Shown here: in pieces, positions 38,706 to 51,779 of the stretch
How positions within the stretch are numbered: the stretch's first letter is position 1
Layout: the number at the start of each line of letters is the position of its first letter
Assembly: GCF_006345805.1 (NCBI RefSeq)
Contig: NC_043002.1
Coordinates: 89,218,001 to 89,282,000, forward strand
DNA from: Octopus sinensis
Lineage: Eukaryota
DNA: 64,000 bases
Reading direction: 5' to 3'
The notes under the pieces: model-generated
Told to the model about the DNA's origin: nothing
Seen by the model: only the letters and a program-made list of their open reading frames with translations
The model's database searches: none
Made by a program: the position numbers and the translations under genes

Positions 38706-40636
38706 GTAAGGATGAATTTTTGAAAAACTCGAAATGTATTCTCTAAATTTAAACTGAGCAAATGAAATTTTAAAAATAACCACATTAGCTTTTTAGAGTA
38801 ATAACTGAATAACACTATTATTTTACGTTAGTACCTGGAGGAGGTTAAATTTTACCTCACACAAATTAATTTGTTAATTAACACAGGTCACTGGCAATAC
38901 CTAGGTGTCATATCAAATTCGACAGAAAATTGTCATGTGGGAGGATTAGCTACTATTTCTAACATTCCTGATTACGAAGTCTTTCTGATTGGTTCATGCA
39001 TACATAAAAGAGAAAGATGTGGTTTTAGGGAGAATTGGTTGCTATTTCTAGCATGTCTACATACGATAGTAATGTTATTGTTGCAATGATTTTCGTCGTC
39101 ATCTTCATACACCTAACTTTGGTATCGGAACTAGCGCCCTGAAACAACTCAAACTTTTTCTAAATAATATTTAAAATTGAATATCTTCAATTTTCTGTGT
39201 CCGAACTTGCAGTACGTAACCGGCCCTTCAGAATTCACGTGGAATCAGAGATTCGATGAAGATTTCTTTTTCAATTTTGGGGACCCATTTGCGACGGTCC
39301 CAATTATCGTTACAGAAATAGCGGTTTTAAACATGAAGAAACCCATTCACTTACACGTAAGAATTTTGGACCAATGCTCGCCTACAACAAGGGGCATATG
39401 CTAAATTTTCAACAATGGTAACGTGTCTTCTATCCCGAGTCAACCCTTTATCTTTTACAATTTCATTTTGTAACTATAATTTCATCCATTGCTAGAATGT
39501 TAGGTCTGCAAGAAGAAATTTGAGAGGATCAACAGAAACAAGAGATAATTTCTAAAGAAGAAAAATGGTTTTGGAGCGGAGATATATTACTTTTTCTCTG
39601 CTGTCGTATTTTGATATCGAAATTTGGCGGACCGGCGAGGGTTAGGGTTGATAAATCATAGATTTTCAAAAAAAAATTTTTTTTTAAATAGCATAAATAA
39701 GTTTATGCTATTAATGTGGAGAAACATACTGAAAACGTCAAAACTTAGTGAGAAAGAAACGAGAGAGGTGGTCATGGGATATGGTAGAAACAACAACTAA
39801 ATCTCCCTTAAATCACTTTTTCGTCTGAAAATATTTACCAATTTTTTTTTCTTCCCGAAAAGGCTTTTCCTATAGTTTTTAAGTGCGTAGTGCCCACAAA
39901 ATCGGCCTGTAGATGGGTGGGTTTGAGGGAGGTAAACCCATTGTTTTGAAATTTTTTTTTTTTAGTTAAAACGATGCTGTCCCCTCATCGTTTCCAAAGG
40001 CACTTGGAAAACAATCTGAAAAATCCTCGTCAAAACGGAGAAATTCCAACTTATGTGGGCAACCTATTCCTGACGTCCGCCAATTCTCTTTCACTGTGTT
40101 ACGTGTAAGGCTACATGCACTATTACGGCACTATAGCCCTGAAATTAGTTTGTTGACAAGACAGCGACACATCGACTTATAGTAAAGTAGACGAACAAAT
40201 TCTAAAAGAAATTCTTCAGTAAACACAAGACAGAGGCATATCAATTCAACCATTTCACTCACTTTGTCTAACCACTGTCTCTCCCCATTTGATCGTACAA
40301 TCTACTGAAATAGCAGCTAAATGCCCATCAGAACCACAACATGCAGCCTTAAATAATTTAGGACAGAGGCAGAATAATGGGAATCGTTTCTATATTCCGA
40401 GTAGAAATAAGCTTGTGATTTACTTGAACATCGTTTTGAAAGTAAATATATGCAGTCTAATTTATTTCCATTTTCATTAACTAATTTTTCTTGGTGATCC
40501 AGCAACACAGTATATACATTAAAGCATCCAAACCAACATAATCCAATTCCGACCAACATACCCAGCAACTTGGTAACAAAGTGGGGGAAAAACGACAAAA
40601 ACAAAAACGTACACGCAAATAGATTACAATTTTAAC

Positions 40637-41020
40637 TATTACTAGCAGTATTGCTTGGCGTTGCCCGGGTTTGTTTCGACCCGTTAGAATTGGAATTTTT
40701 GAAAAGTAAAAATTTTGCATTATGTAGCTTGTTATTTCATTCTTCTGGTTGAAATACACCGAAAATTGTTGACAAATCAGTCAAAAAATCGTAAACAATA
40801 GGGATTTTCATAGAAAATAAGCACCTTTTTGATGTAAATAATTTTTGGTGTTAATATGGTCCGATTTGAATTTTTCTTCTACGGAAGGAAGAGCAAACCT
40901 TCTTTTATCATACTGTCAATTTTGGTCAACTTGCGCCGCAGGGTCTCGCAGGAGATAGTGTTAGTTGAAGGCTACCAAACTTGCCATACACAGACAACTT
41001 CAGCTTTATATATATATAGA
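40637..41020 (+). mobile_element. Non-autonomous Helitron-like element
   Basis: 5' ACTAGC...GGCGTTGCCCGGG and 3' CAGACAACTTCAGCTTTATATATATAGAG resemble the ends of short invertebrate Helitron derivatives. Confidence 0.5.
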
Positions 41021-41139
41021 GAGATATATCAACTGTATGTTCAATTAATTAATATCTTATACACACACGCACAATATCGAACACACATACACAAGGTATG
41101 TTTGTGTTTTGCCAGTTCATGGGTAGGCTGCGATTTATA

Positions 41140-42830
41140 GGCATAAGAAAATATCTCCTTGCCTCTTACGCCTATAAATCACAGTCTACCAGGGGAAGGG
41201 ATGGTGGCTAAATTGTTTGGTCTTACAAAGCTCAATGATGACCTCCTCTCCATAGGAGTTGGGTGCACTCTGCAATGGCTCACAGTGAAAGTGTGTGTAT
41301 CCTCGATTTCAAACTGCCTGTCTGCCGAATTCAGCAAGAGGTGGGTACAAAGCTTAGGTTGTGGGGTTGCTGCTCATGCCACTAGAGCTTCCACCAACTT
41401 GCCTTCTGAGATCCCTAAAATCATCCTCATCCTAGATCTCAGGAATGCCTTCAATTTTATCAGTCAGGATATCATCCTCCATGCAATAGGGAAGAATACC
41501 CCACAGCTCTACCACTTTGCTTGGCAAGATTAACGAGATCCCTCCTATCTCTCCTTTGGGGACCATCTCATTCCATCTGCCTCAGGAGTCCAACAAGGTA
41601 ACCCACTCAGACCTGCTCTATTTGCACTGGGTATTGATGACGTTACCAAGATGGGAGCTGACCTGAATTTGATGATGCTTTTTGGGGCGCTCTCCTGATA
41701 AGGTCTGTGTAACCTTGAGGACTGATTGAGGGACTTGGTCGGGGTGCTTAGCATCAACAATTCCAAATGCTAGTTCTTCAACCATCCAGTTTCACTTCAG
41801 CAGACTGTAAACCTGTTTACAGATCCCTTCCCCTCTGTGGTTCTGTGTGGTGATTTCTTGGAACCCCAATTACTGACAGAGCTTTCAAGTCCATCTATCC
41901 AAGATGGCTAGCCTTGAGCAGCTATTAAAAAAACTTGAGGTAACTGAGTCCACCAAGGTTTTTTTTTAATACTTGGAAATTGTCAATTCCTAAGCCATTG
42001 TATCTTCTCAGAGTTAGTTCCTTTTATATATTCTCATTGTCTCTCCAATGCTTTGACCACCTAATCTTCAGGGAACTTGAATGCTTGGTCAATGTCAGAC
42101 TTTCTCTAGTGTCCCACATCCAGGTTGCTTTGCTCAAACGTTTTGGGAGTCTAGGTTTGCGTAAGTGCTTGTCTCTGTCTCTTCCATTTTCTTTCCTCTA
42201 TCCATGCCTGCTCTCCTTTGGTAGGCAACATCCTCTTCTTTCCAATAGCAAGATGGATGAAGCTCTACAACAGTGGAGAGCACTGGGTTTGTTAGTTCCT
42301 GATATAGCTGAGGATAGATGGAAGCAGAGAGTATGAGACAATCTGTGCTCAGGTACTACTTTCAACTCTCTCTTTGATCAATCTAATCAATTTTCAAGAT
42401 GTTGTCTTCTCTCTGCAAGTGCAAAATTCCCAAGGGCCTGGGTTGATACCCTGCCTGTGGCCAACACTGGTGGTTTATTCTGTCTGGATGAAGTTCCGCA
42501 TCTCCATTGCACTCAGTAGGAGCTGACGTCTGTGGGGGACTGAGAAGTTGGTGCACTAGGCCCCTTGACTCCACCGGCCTTTATGGTTTGTTTTGCAGCC
42601 TAAATGCTGGTCATTACACTGAGCTAAATTTAATCATTAAGCAGGCCCTGGCTTGGGTTAATATCCCCTCAGTTCTAGAGCCAGTGGAATTATTCAGAAG
42701 TGATGAGAAGAGACCAGATGGTTTTACTCTTTGTCCTTGGGTAAGAGATAGGTGCCTCATCTGAGACACCACAGTCTGTGCTTCCTTTGCTCCCTCTCAC
42801 ATCCTGGATGTTGTGGTAAATGGGAGGGTC
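41140..42830 (+). mobile_element. Decayed CRE-clade-like non-LTR retrotransposon (RT plus restriction-like endonuclease)
   Basis: LDLRNAFNFISQD, SASGVQQGNPLRPALFALG, and C-terminal HTELNLIIKQAL...PSVLEPVELFRSDEKRPDGFTLCPW (RPDG motif). Confidence 0.75.
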
Positions 42831-42940
42831 ACTTCTTCCGTAGCCAAATGGTACAATTCAATCAATCTGCACCAATTCTATCTTTTAACCTTTTGTAATC
42901 ATAGTAATAAAACTAATTACTATTTTTTTCTTTCCAAAAG

Positions 42941-43101
42941 ATATGCTGTTGATAAAGGTTATGTGAAAACAATAACTTGTCCAGAAACTCAAGTTAATAT
43001 CCAGTGTCCATGTGGTTTAGTAAAAACCTATGTTTCCTACAATAATGGTCGGTCTGCAGCTGTTCGATTCCACAGTGTTCCAGCTTTTATACATTCTAGA
43101 G
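42941..43101 (+). CDS. L3HYPDH: L3HYPDH exon 2
   Basis: 161 nt, YAVDKGYV...QCPCGLVKTYVSY...VRFHSVPAFIHSR; polypyrimidine-AG acceptor and GTAAGG donor; phase-consistent. Confidence 0.92.
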
Positions 43102-44015
43102 GTAAGGACAATTATTATAACATCATTCATTCAGCAACCATGATGAGACATACATCCCCGTACATTTTGTGTCATTGGTTTCTGTAGATCTTATGACAAC
43201 TGTGTTAATATTTTATTTGTTTGTTTAATTTTTTTTCTCAAACATCAGGGATAAAAAGTCATATCTGTTTCATAGAAAGATTATATTGCATTAATAGACT
43301 GGTTGGATTATACATCAGCAGCCATTGAATAAAGTAAAAATCTTTTAATCCTTGACATGTAAAAAGATAAGCAGAAGGTTGAATAAAAATTGTGAGGAAA
43401 ATAATAAAGAAATTGACCAAATAATTTATTTTGATCAAATCAATAACTATATCAAATCAATAGCTATATAACAAATCAATAACAATACAATAAATAGTAT
43501 AGAATAATATAGTTATTGATCAAATCAATAACTATATTCTTTCTTTCTTTGTTTTTGCTTGTCTATAAAGTATCTTAGATTTTGTCCAGTTTCGTATCAA
43601 CATATCTTTCTCTAAACAATCTATTTAGGTATACATCACATAAATATGGACACAACATTGTCAAATGTTAAAAAAGTTTGCTTAATAATCACAAGATTCT
43701 GTGTTCAATCTCAGCATGATGTCTTGGGCAAATGTCTTTTAACCATTTTCCTCAGACCAACCTAAACATTGTGACTGGAAACTAAGTAGACAGAAATTCA
43801 TTGGTTGGACTGTACCAGGAATTCACACAGTTATACTGATTCTACTTGAAAATTACATTAAGAGGACACATGTCTGTGGAATACTCAGCCACTTCACACT
43901 AATTCAGTGATCAGGTAGCTTATCAGGTATCGAACTATTGAATGCTCATCATTAAAACTGACAAGCATTTATTTACTTTTAATCTTAAATAATAACAATT
44001 GATATATTTGTTTAA

Positions 44016-44222
44016 CTCTTTAGCATATCTAACCGAAATAATCTTCCTGTTTTATCTTCAAACTGTTCAGATCCAGCCTTTCGCACATACTCTACAATAT
44101 TATTCTAAAAATAAACAATCGTGTCATTGAACTCTCAAAGTTACAAGGAAAAGCATGACCAATTCACATCAATGTAAATAGATAAGCATTACATTTGACA
44201 GAGAAATCTGATTGCTAAAGGG
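44016..44222. mobile_element. piggyBac-type MITE copy (opposite orientation)
   Basis: TTAA|CTCTTTAGCA...TGCTAAAGGG|TTAA; internal sequence is the reverse complement of the 52921 copy. Confidence 0.8.
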
Positions 44223-44399
44223 TTAAAATAATTTACCTATACAAATTATAAGTCATTATATTAGGATTCTGCCAAAAGTAATGGAAAAATAACCATAGCA
44301 TTTTATTAAGTGGCATAGGTTTCCAAATTGCACAAAAGTTGGTAGAGTAACTTTTCCTCTGTAATAACTCTTTTTCCTGTTCCTCTTCATTGCAGGCAA

Positions 44400-45470
44400 A
44401 TAATGAACTCCAAGCAGAAGAAACTTGCAATCAATGAGTTCTTGACGAAAGGGTAGGGGTGCAAGTTATCCTACATTCACAGAAGGCTACAGGTTTTTAA
44501 TGAAGTAGACTCCATTGACAAGAGCAATGAGTACAGATAGATGAAGAAGTTTAAAGGAGGAGAAACCAGCATCAAAGACAAACCTATTTCTTTACTACCC
44601 ACAAGGGGCTAAACAAAGACAGACAAATGGATTAAGTCGATTATATTGAACCCAGTGCGTAACTGGTACTTAATTTATCGACCCCGAAAGGATGAAAGGC
44701 AAAGTCGACCTCGGCGGAATTTGAACTCAGAACGTAAAGGCAGACAAAATACCACAAAGCATTTCGCCCGGCGTGCTAACGATTCTGCCAGCTTGCCGCC
44801 TTAAAGACAAACCATGCAATAGAAGACCTTCAACTGTGATCACTGACACAAATGGAGGAATTGATTCGCATAGACAGATGAGTCACAATCTTACTCCACA
44901 ACTAGACTGGTTACAAGGTATTGCAGGAGATGTTAGAAGACTTTTAGCGTCAGAAAATAGTATGCAAAACGGGTACACCAGCAGTCGATACCTGATTTGA
45001 AGGAGTAAAGAGTCAAAGTCTACTATGATCTGTTGGAAGTATTTGAAGGCAATGAAGACACATTTTTTCTTTTTTTACCAAAATTGTAATATGGAATGAA
45101 AGTTGGGCATATCTGTATGGTCTGGAAATGAAGGCTCAGTTCATGGAATGATGTCATCTCTTCTGTAGGGCCTAAGAAATTCAAGAATCATCAATCAGCA
45201 TAGAAAATCACAATGAGAGCTTTTTTGGAATAAGAACATCATTATTCTCCTTGATTATCAGGAATGTGGTTATACTGTGAACAATGAGCAGTGCATTGAG
45301 ACACTCAAAAACCTTTAAAATCCATTTGGAAGAACAGACGGAACAAGAATCTGGAATGAGTGACCACACACAAATCAACATCACAAATCAAATTGGGCTG
45401 GTCTATGGTTCCCCTTCCAATGTACAGCCCAGATTTGGTGCCCTCCAATTTCCATCTGCTCAGTCCAATA
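44400..45470 (+). mobile_element. Decayed mariner transposase remnant hosting a SINE
   Basis: IHRRLQ...MKKFKGGETSIKDKP|CNRRPSTVIT resembles a mariner HTH region once the SINE is removed; downstream sequence is heavily decayed. Confidence 0.55.
44585..44802 (-). mobile_element. SINE family A, full-length copy
   Basis: Family A sequence with an 11-bp TSD AAAGACAAACC (44574-44584 and 44803-44813). Confidence 0.9.
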
Positions 45471-45980
45471 AAAAACAGTCTTCAGGGACAATGACTTGAT
45501 GACAACAGTTAAGGTAAAGTGACTGTGAAGAAGTAAGATACAATAAATAGGACTTGTGAGTTAGATCCAAGAATGGCACAAATACATTGTTTATGCTGGA
45601 GATTGAGTAGTACTCTTGCATAGAGGAAGAGTTACTCTAGCAAAATATTCAGTTTGAATGACTTATGTCAGTTAAAAGTGATGCTCACTTTTGCATTATA
45701 TTCCATACATTCCTTGTTGCATCTGCTATTTTATATAAGGCTGTTTATCACCCATCTTTGGGTTATTTGGATGAAAGAACTACAGTACCTAACTCATCTA
45801 GAATATGTGGATTGATTGTAATTTTAGTATCATAATTAGATATTTTTCTTTTACAAACTTGTTAACTAACTTTTCAAAATCTTTCATATTTTCTGCTCTC
45901 ATTGTAAACATATTCTTGTGTCATATTTAAAATCTGCTGCCAGAAAATTTAATGTTACAATTTTAGAATTTGCATTTTAG

Positions 45981-46133
45981 ATATCCAGGTAGATGTGCCT
46001 AAATTTGGAACCATTACTTTGGATGTCAGCTATGGTGGAGCATTTTATGCAATACTACCTGCTAGTCATCTTGGATTAGATCTACACAAATCAAAGTTTC
46101 GTGAACTTGTATCAGCAGCTACCTGTATAACTG
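45981..46133 (+). CDS. L3HYPDH: L3HYPDH exon 3
   Basis: 153 nt, (D)IQVDVPKFGTITLDVSYGGAFYAILPASHLGLDLHKSKFRELVSAATCIT; DVSYGGAFY is a racemase-family motif; TTTTAG acceptor and GTAAG donor. Not present in the supplied ORF track. Confidence 0.92.
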
Positions 46134-47648
46134 GTAAGAAAAATTAATGCAATTAAAAAAAACATCTTAAAACCTTTATCTTATATGGGTTTTCAAGTTG
46201 GTTTGAAAATTTTGATTTCTCTAGATATTTTGTACATACTAAATATTCAGTTATTTATGCTAAAATCCATGAGTATTTTAAAGAAATATCCAGGAAACAT
46301 CTATTTCAGTCTCATAGTATTGTAGTCCACTTTTGTTGTTTTCTAATTCTGTTTTTCATGGTTGTGGGGTTAACAAGACACAGACATATAGCTATGTGAT
46401 AAAGAAAATTGCTTTTCAACCACATGATTTTGGGTTCTGTTCCACTGCATGGCACCTTTCACAAGTGTCATCTCTTATAGTCTCAAACTGACCATTTCCT
46501 CATAATAGATGTTTAGTTGAAAGAAACTGTATGGAAGCCTGTTTTGTGTCTAGATAGATAAAATATGTGAGCGTTATCTCTGTTCATCTTTGCACTGACA
46601 TGGTTTCAACAGTGGTGACATGGTTATGACTTCCATGGACAAAACTGCCAGCTGCAGTTCAATGTGCAAATACATGAAATAACGTATCTTACTTGAAAAA
46701 CATAGGATGACATCAGGAAAGGCATCAAGTCATAGAATACCAGCATGAGAAAAAAGAAATGATATGAAAATGATAAGGATGATGATGTGCATGTGTGCTT
46801 ATGTTTACTAGTGTGAAAACCAGTGATGTGTCAAAAAGGTAACATTTGGTAAATATATCAATGCAATAAGTACAAGCCCCCACAAAGTACTGGAGTTTAA
46901 TATGACTAACAAAAAAAGTACCATTTGACTTACCCTGCCCTTGAAATTGCTAGCCTTCTGCCAAAACTTTTGAAAGTGGTACACTAACAAGACAGCAGTC
47001 CAAAGACTGAAACTAGTCTAAGAATAGGATATGTTTTTATATGACCTATGTATAACATTAGTGGGTCTGATTAGTTTGAAACATGTCTGCATTGGTCACT
47101 ATCAGACTGTCTTATATGTCCACATTTTATTTTTAACTAATTTAACTTTTGCTGCTGTTTTCCCTACATTTTTTGACAGAATTAATAATCAAATTAATGG
47201 TTCTTCTGTCATTACTACAGATATAATTTTAATTAATCAAAATATCTTTGCTCACTACCTTATTACAAGAATTAATTTAACCCTCCCGCTATAGTCCTTG
47301 TTCTTATCAGGACTAAACTATAAACTATTAGAACTCAAGAATGAGGGAAATGAAAATTAACTTTATTTCAAATTAGTATAGATTGCAACATGATTACTCT
47401 GACCCATCATATAACAAATATTGTAGTAGAGTTAATTACAAATATCCACAAGAACCACAAGTATATGCTGAACGCCAAGCCAAATCAGATGTTGTATTTT
47501 GGAAACCTCTGCACCCTAATACAGTACAAAAACCACTTAATTACATTGTTGTTAGAAAATTACTATTTTTAAATCTCACAATGAGAGATATTCAGCAACA
47601 GTACTTTGGAGTAAAGATTGTTTGCCAACATAACATAGTAGTCCTAGT

Positions 47649-47915
47649 TTAGGATGAATATTGCTGTAATTTAGCCCCAGGAGACATCGTCTCCAGCTGG
47701 CTATATTTTTGAACTAGCACCCACAGTCAGCTCAAAACAATATCTGTGTATTGCGATGAAGAAAATAACCCAGAAATCGCAATACACCGATATTGTTTTG
47801 AGCTGAGTGGGAGTGCTAGTTTCCCTTGTTCGAAAATATAAGGACACAGATCATGTCGTATAGCCAGCTGGAGACGATGCCTCCTGGGGCTAAATTACAG
47901 CTACATTCATCCTAA
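47649..47915. mobile_element. Fold-back (palindromic) MITE-like element
   Basis: Outer arms TTAGGATGAA...GCTGTAATTTAGCCCCAGGAG...CGTCTCCAGCTGGCTATA and inner arms CAGCTCAAAACAATATC.GTGTATTGCGAT, each with an inverted partner; TA at both ends. Confidence 0.8.
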
Positions 47916-48485
47916 TTTAAGACATATATTATTTATTAAAAGCTTCAGTAAAGACTAATAACAGATCTTCTTCACATAGTTTTCATAAACAAGTTGATTT
48001 AGTTAATCTTTTATCTTCTGCTTGCTTCAGTCATTAGACTGTGGCCATGCTGGGGCACTACTTTGAATTTTTAGTCAAACGTATTGACCCTAGTACTTAT
48101 TTTTTTTTTTTGCTAAGCCTGGTACTTATTCTATTGGTCTCATTTACCAAACTGCTAAGATACAGGAACACAAACACTGGATGTCAAGTAGTGATGGAGG
48201 AGGAGGCAAAGACTCATAAATACACACACACATACGATGGGCTTCTTTCAGTTTCTGTCTACCAAATCCACTCACAAGGGATTTTAGTTAGCCTGAGGTT
48301 ATAGTAGAAGACATGCAGTGGGACTGAACCCAGAATCATGTGGTTGAGAAGCAAGCTTCTTATCACACAGCCATGTTGCTCATGTTCAAACTAAAGACTG
48401 TATTTCATTTATATGAATTAGATTGGTCTGTCTGCCATAAAATTAACTATAAAAAAGAATGAAACATAGCATTCCATATGTATAT

Positions 48486-48790
48486 GTGGAGGCACATGGC
48501 CTAGTGGTTAGAGCAGCGGACTTGCGGTCGAGGGATCGCGGGTTCGAATCTCAGACCAGGCGATGTGTGTGTTTATGAGCGAATCACCTAAGCTCCACGC
48601 GGCTCCGGCAGAAGGTAATGGCGAAACTTCTGCTGATTCTTTCGCCACAACTTTCTCTCACTCTTTCTTCCTGCATCTTGCAGCTCACCTGCGACGGACC
48701 GGTGTCCCGTCCAGGTGGGGAACCTATATGCCAAGAAACTGGGAAACCGGCCCTTATGAGCCAGGCATGGCTCGAGAAGGAACAAACAAT
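48486..48790 (+). mobile_element. tRNA-derived SINE, family C
   Basis: A-box TGGCCTAGTGG and B-box GGTTCGAATC; an internally deleted copy lies at 561-795. Confidence 0.85.
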
Positions 48791-49184
48791 TCCATATGTA
48801 TGAAAAGTGACTTGACTTTCTTTGAGGTGCAAAAGTGTAGGAGCACCAAATATTTTATGAAGAATTTTCTTTGAGACAAGCTGAATCTTTTATATGTTTG
48901 GGTTTCAGATAAATTCTAGAAGTAAAACAAGTCAAAGATAATGAACCTACTTACTATAGCTGTTTGTATAATTATTCTAAGTAAATCAGTTCAGTTTTCT
49001 ACTCTGTACTCCAGATGTCAGTAATTAACCTTTATGCCATTGCTGGAGAAAATTTAAATATTGTTTTATTTTTCAGCTGGTTGGCTAATGTATATAGATA
49101 AATTCTTGAACAGGAAACATATCATTTACATTTTCTTTATAAAATAAATTAACTGTTTTAATCTTTCAAATGTTCTAATTGTAG

Positions 49185-49327
49185 AGACTGTGAAACAAGA
49201 AGAAATAATTCATCCTGAAAGTCCAGCTCTCAGTTTTCTCTACGGAACCATTCTTACAGATGATATGATACCAGAGAAAAATGGAGAAATAAAGACAGCA
49301 AACATCTGTGTTTTTGCTGATGGAGAG
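49185..49327 (+). CDS. L3HYPDH: L3HYPDH exon 4
   Basis: 143 nt, (E)TVKQEEIIHPESPALSFLYGTILTD...ANICVFADGE; TAG acceptor and GTAAGG donor. Confidence 0.92.
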
Positions 49328-50434
49328 GTAAGGTTAATATTTATTACAGTTATTTTTTTAATTTTACACAATTTTCTTTCCTTGAATATTTCCCTTAAGC
49401 TATTAAACTCAGGCAATTTGAAAACAAATCATTACCTGAGACAAGATTTCATTTTGTTCTAATATTTGTGTCTCAGAAATAAAGCTGAACCATTAACAAA
49501 ACCATTGCAATTTTTCATTACTGAAATTTGTAACCTAAACACCAATCTTTACATCATTACTGGCAAAAAAAAAATTCTGTCACTCTGCTTTCACATTTGT
49601 TTAACTGCTAATCTCTGTGGCTACAAAAACCTGATATATTCTTAAATAGTTCCATAGAACTTTGGGTATTTTGATCACAATTCAATACTTTTTAATGTTG
49701 ATTTATGAATTGGGTATTATGGTTGCAAGAACTTGTAGCATGTGTAATGGAGAAGTTGCAACAGAACATGGCAACAAGTACAAACTGAGTCTTAACAAGA
49801 CTACCCGGCCTCTTATTCTAACTTACAACAAGTTTTACTGTATTTGCAGGAAATGAGGCTTCTTGGAGGAATCAAATGCATAAAGTTAGTACTTTAATTT
49901 CCTGATGGAAGGCAGTAGCTATCTATTATAGAACAAACCAATCATTTGTTTAGAGTTGCATAGTACAAGTATTAATATCTTTGGTGCTAACATTTTGTTA
50001 GCACCAAAGTGTTTAGGCATAAGCAAAATTTAGGTTAGTTAAAATATGTTTGTGACATAGTTCAGCTGCTAAAAGGCTGCTAAATACTGCAGTCACCATA
50101 GAGAAAATATTTCTCTTATGGTAAAAGGTGTGAAAACACATCTAACTTTACAATACACAAAGTTTATGTTTATCAGTGGTTCTGTAAAGTTAAGCACATG
50201 ACACAGCTCTTACTTATTAATGGTTAACTTCAAAATCATTACCGAAGTTCTTAGTTCATGAATTTGAGTTCTACCCTAAATGTTATATTGTGTCTCTAAG
50301 CAAAATACTTTATTCTACTTCCATAATTCTCTATATTCAATCAAGAAGTCATTTTTTTGTTATAGTAATTATTTAACGTAGTTTTCATAGGAAAATTAAT
50401 GTATTTTATCGCAAAATTCCTTTTGCTTTTTTAG

Positions 50435-50698
50435 GTGGATCGCTCACCCACAGGTTCAGGTGTTACAGCTCGCATTGCTTTGATGCTTGGCAAAGGCCAG
50501 ATAAAAATGAATGAAAAAGTTTCTTTTATAAGTTCAACAACACAAGGAGAATTTACAGGATGTCCTATTGAGGCAGTTAATATTGGAGATCAGGCAGCAG
50601 TTTGTGTTGAAGTAGCTGGAGAAGCATTCTACTGTGGACAAAGCACTTTCATTTATGAAAAGGGAGATGCATTGGGAAAAGGGTTTCTACTTCATTAA
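50435..50698 (+). CDS. L3HYPDH: L3HYPDH exon 5 (to stop codon)
   Basis: VDRSPTGSGVTARIAL...GKGFLLH then TAA; the five exons total 1065 nt, i.e. 354 aa; AATAAA at 50777-50782. Confidence 0.94.
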   Translation: MDRSPTGSGVTARIALMLGKGQIKMNEKVSFISSTTQGEFTGCPIEAVNIGDQAAVCVEVAGEAFYCGQSTFIYEKGDALGKGFLLH

Positions 50699-51039
50699 TT
50701 ATTTTTTATGAAGATTCACTATTTCTACAAAAACCAAATATCTGTAATTCCATTTGTATTAAATCAAATTAATTATAATAAATACCTGAATTCATTAATG
50801 AGTTTTAAAAAAAATAAATCATAAATAATATTTTCATCTGAAGAAAAATCTAACATGGAGCAAAAAATAAATTCTTTCCTATAATTCAATGTTGCTGAAA
50901 TTCTTTTTCAAAACCACTTACGGTGGATTAATAATTTAATATGTTAGGTAAATATTACAAAAGTTAACAGAAGATTTTGTGGATGGGGTTGGAGCTACAA
51001 ATATTTCGAAATCAATCAAAATCAATGGAAATTGTAGTT

Positions 51040-51295
51040 GTGATACCAGTGCCGGTGGCATGTAAGAGAACCATCCAAACGTGGCCGTTGCCAGCCTCTG
51101 GCACCTGTGCCGGTGGCACGTAAAAAGCACCCACTACACTCACGGAGTGGTTGGCGTTAGGAAGGGCATCCAGCTGTAGAAACACTGCCAGATCAGACTG
51201 GGCCTGGTGCAGCCTTCTGGCTTCCCAGACCCCAGTTGAACCGCCCAACCCATGCTAGCATGGAAAGCGGACGTTAAACGATGATGATGATGATG
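51040..51295 (+). mobile_element. (GAT)n-tailed retroposon copy downstream of L3HYPDH
   Basis: Same 3' end on the plus strand, ending GTTAAACGATGATGATGATGATG. Confidence 0.75.
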
Positions 51296-51779
51296 TTAAG
51301 AATAATTAAATGTAATTATTGTGAATTGAAATAAAACAATTAGTTTTTGAAATACGCTAAAATAATTATATGTTAATCAATTTCCAACTCTCCATACAAA
51401 CTTTTTTTTAAGCATCCTGAATATTTGTTTCTCTTTTCCATTTGATTTTCTTCTATTTTTATCTATTGATAAAGTCGTATGTCCTGATGGTTAAGCTGGT
51501 CAACTCATAATCACAAATTCCTGGACCAGCCAAATACTTTATTTCATATTGCTCCAGTTTACTCAGCTGAAAATGAGTACCAGCATGAGTACCAACCAGT
51601 TACTAAAGCAGCCATCTCTCCCTCCAGCTGTTACATTCTCAGCATCCTACAAGACGGAAGATGCCTATGAGGGTGTCTATGCCTGTTTGTGTCTAGAGAC
51701 ACCTACCTAAAATTACACAGGTCTGCAAAATGGAACTTTTGAAAATTGTTATGATAATTTTAAGTTACTTTATATTCAG

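Noticed and set aside
18290-50698. Functional D-amino-acid module (PCMT1 plus a racemase-family neighbour, in an animal group rich in D-aspartate)
   Set aside because: The neighbour has the Cys/Thr dehydratase signature, not a racemase pair. PCMT1 acts on protein-bound residues. Adjacency alone is not evidence of a pathway.
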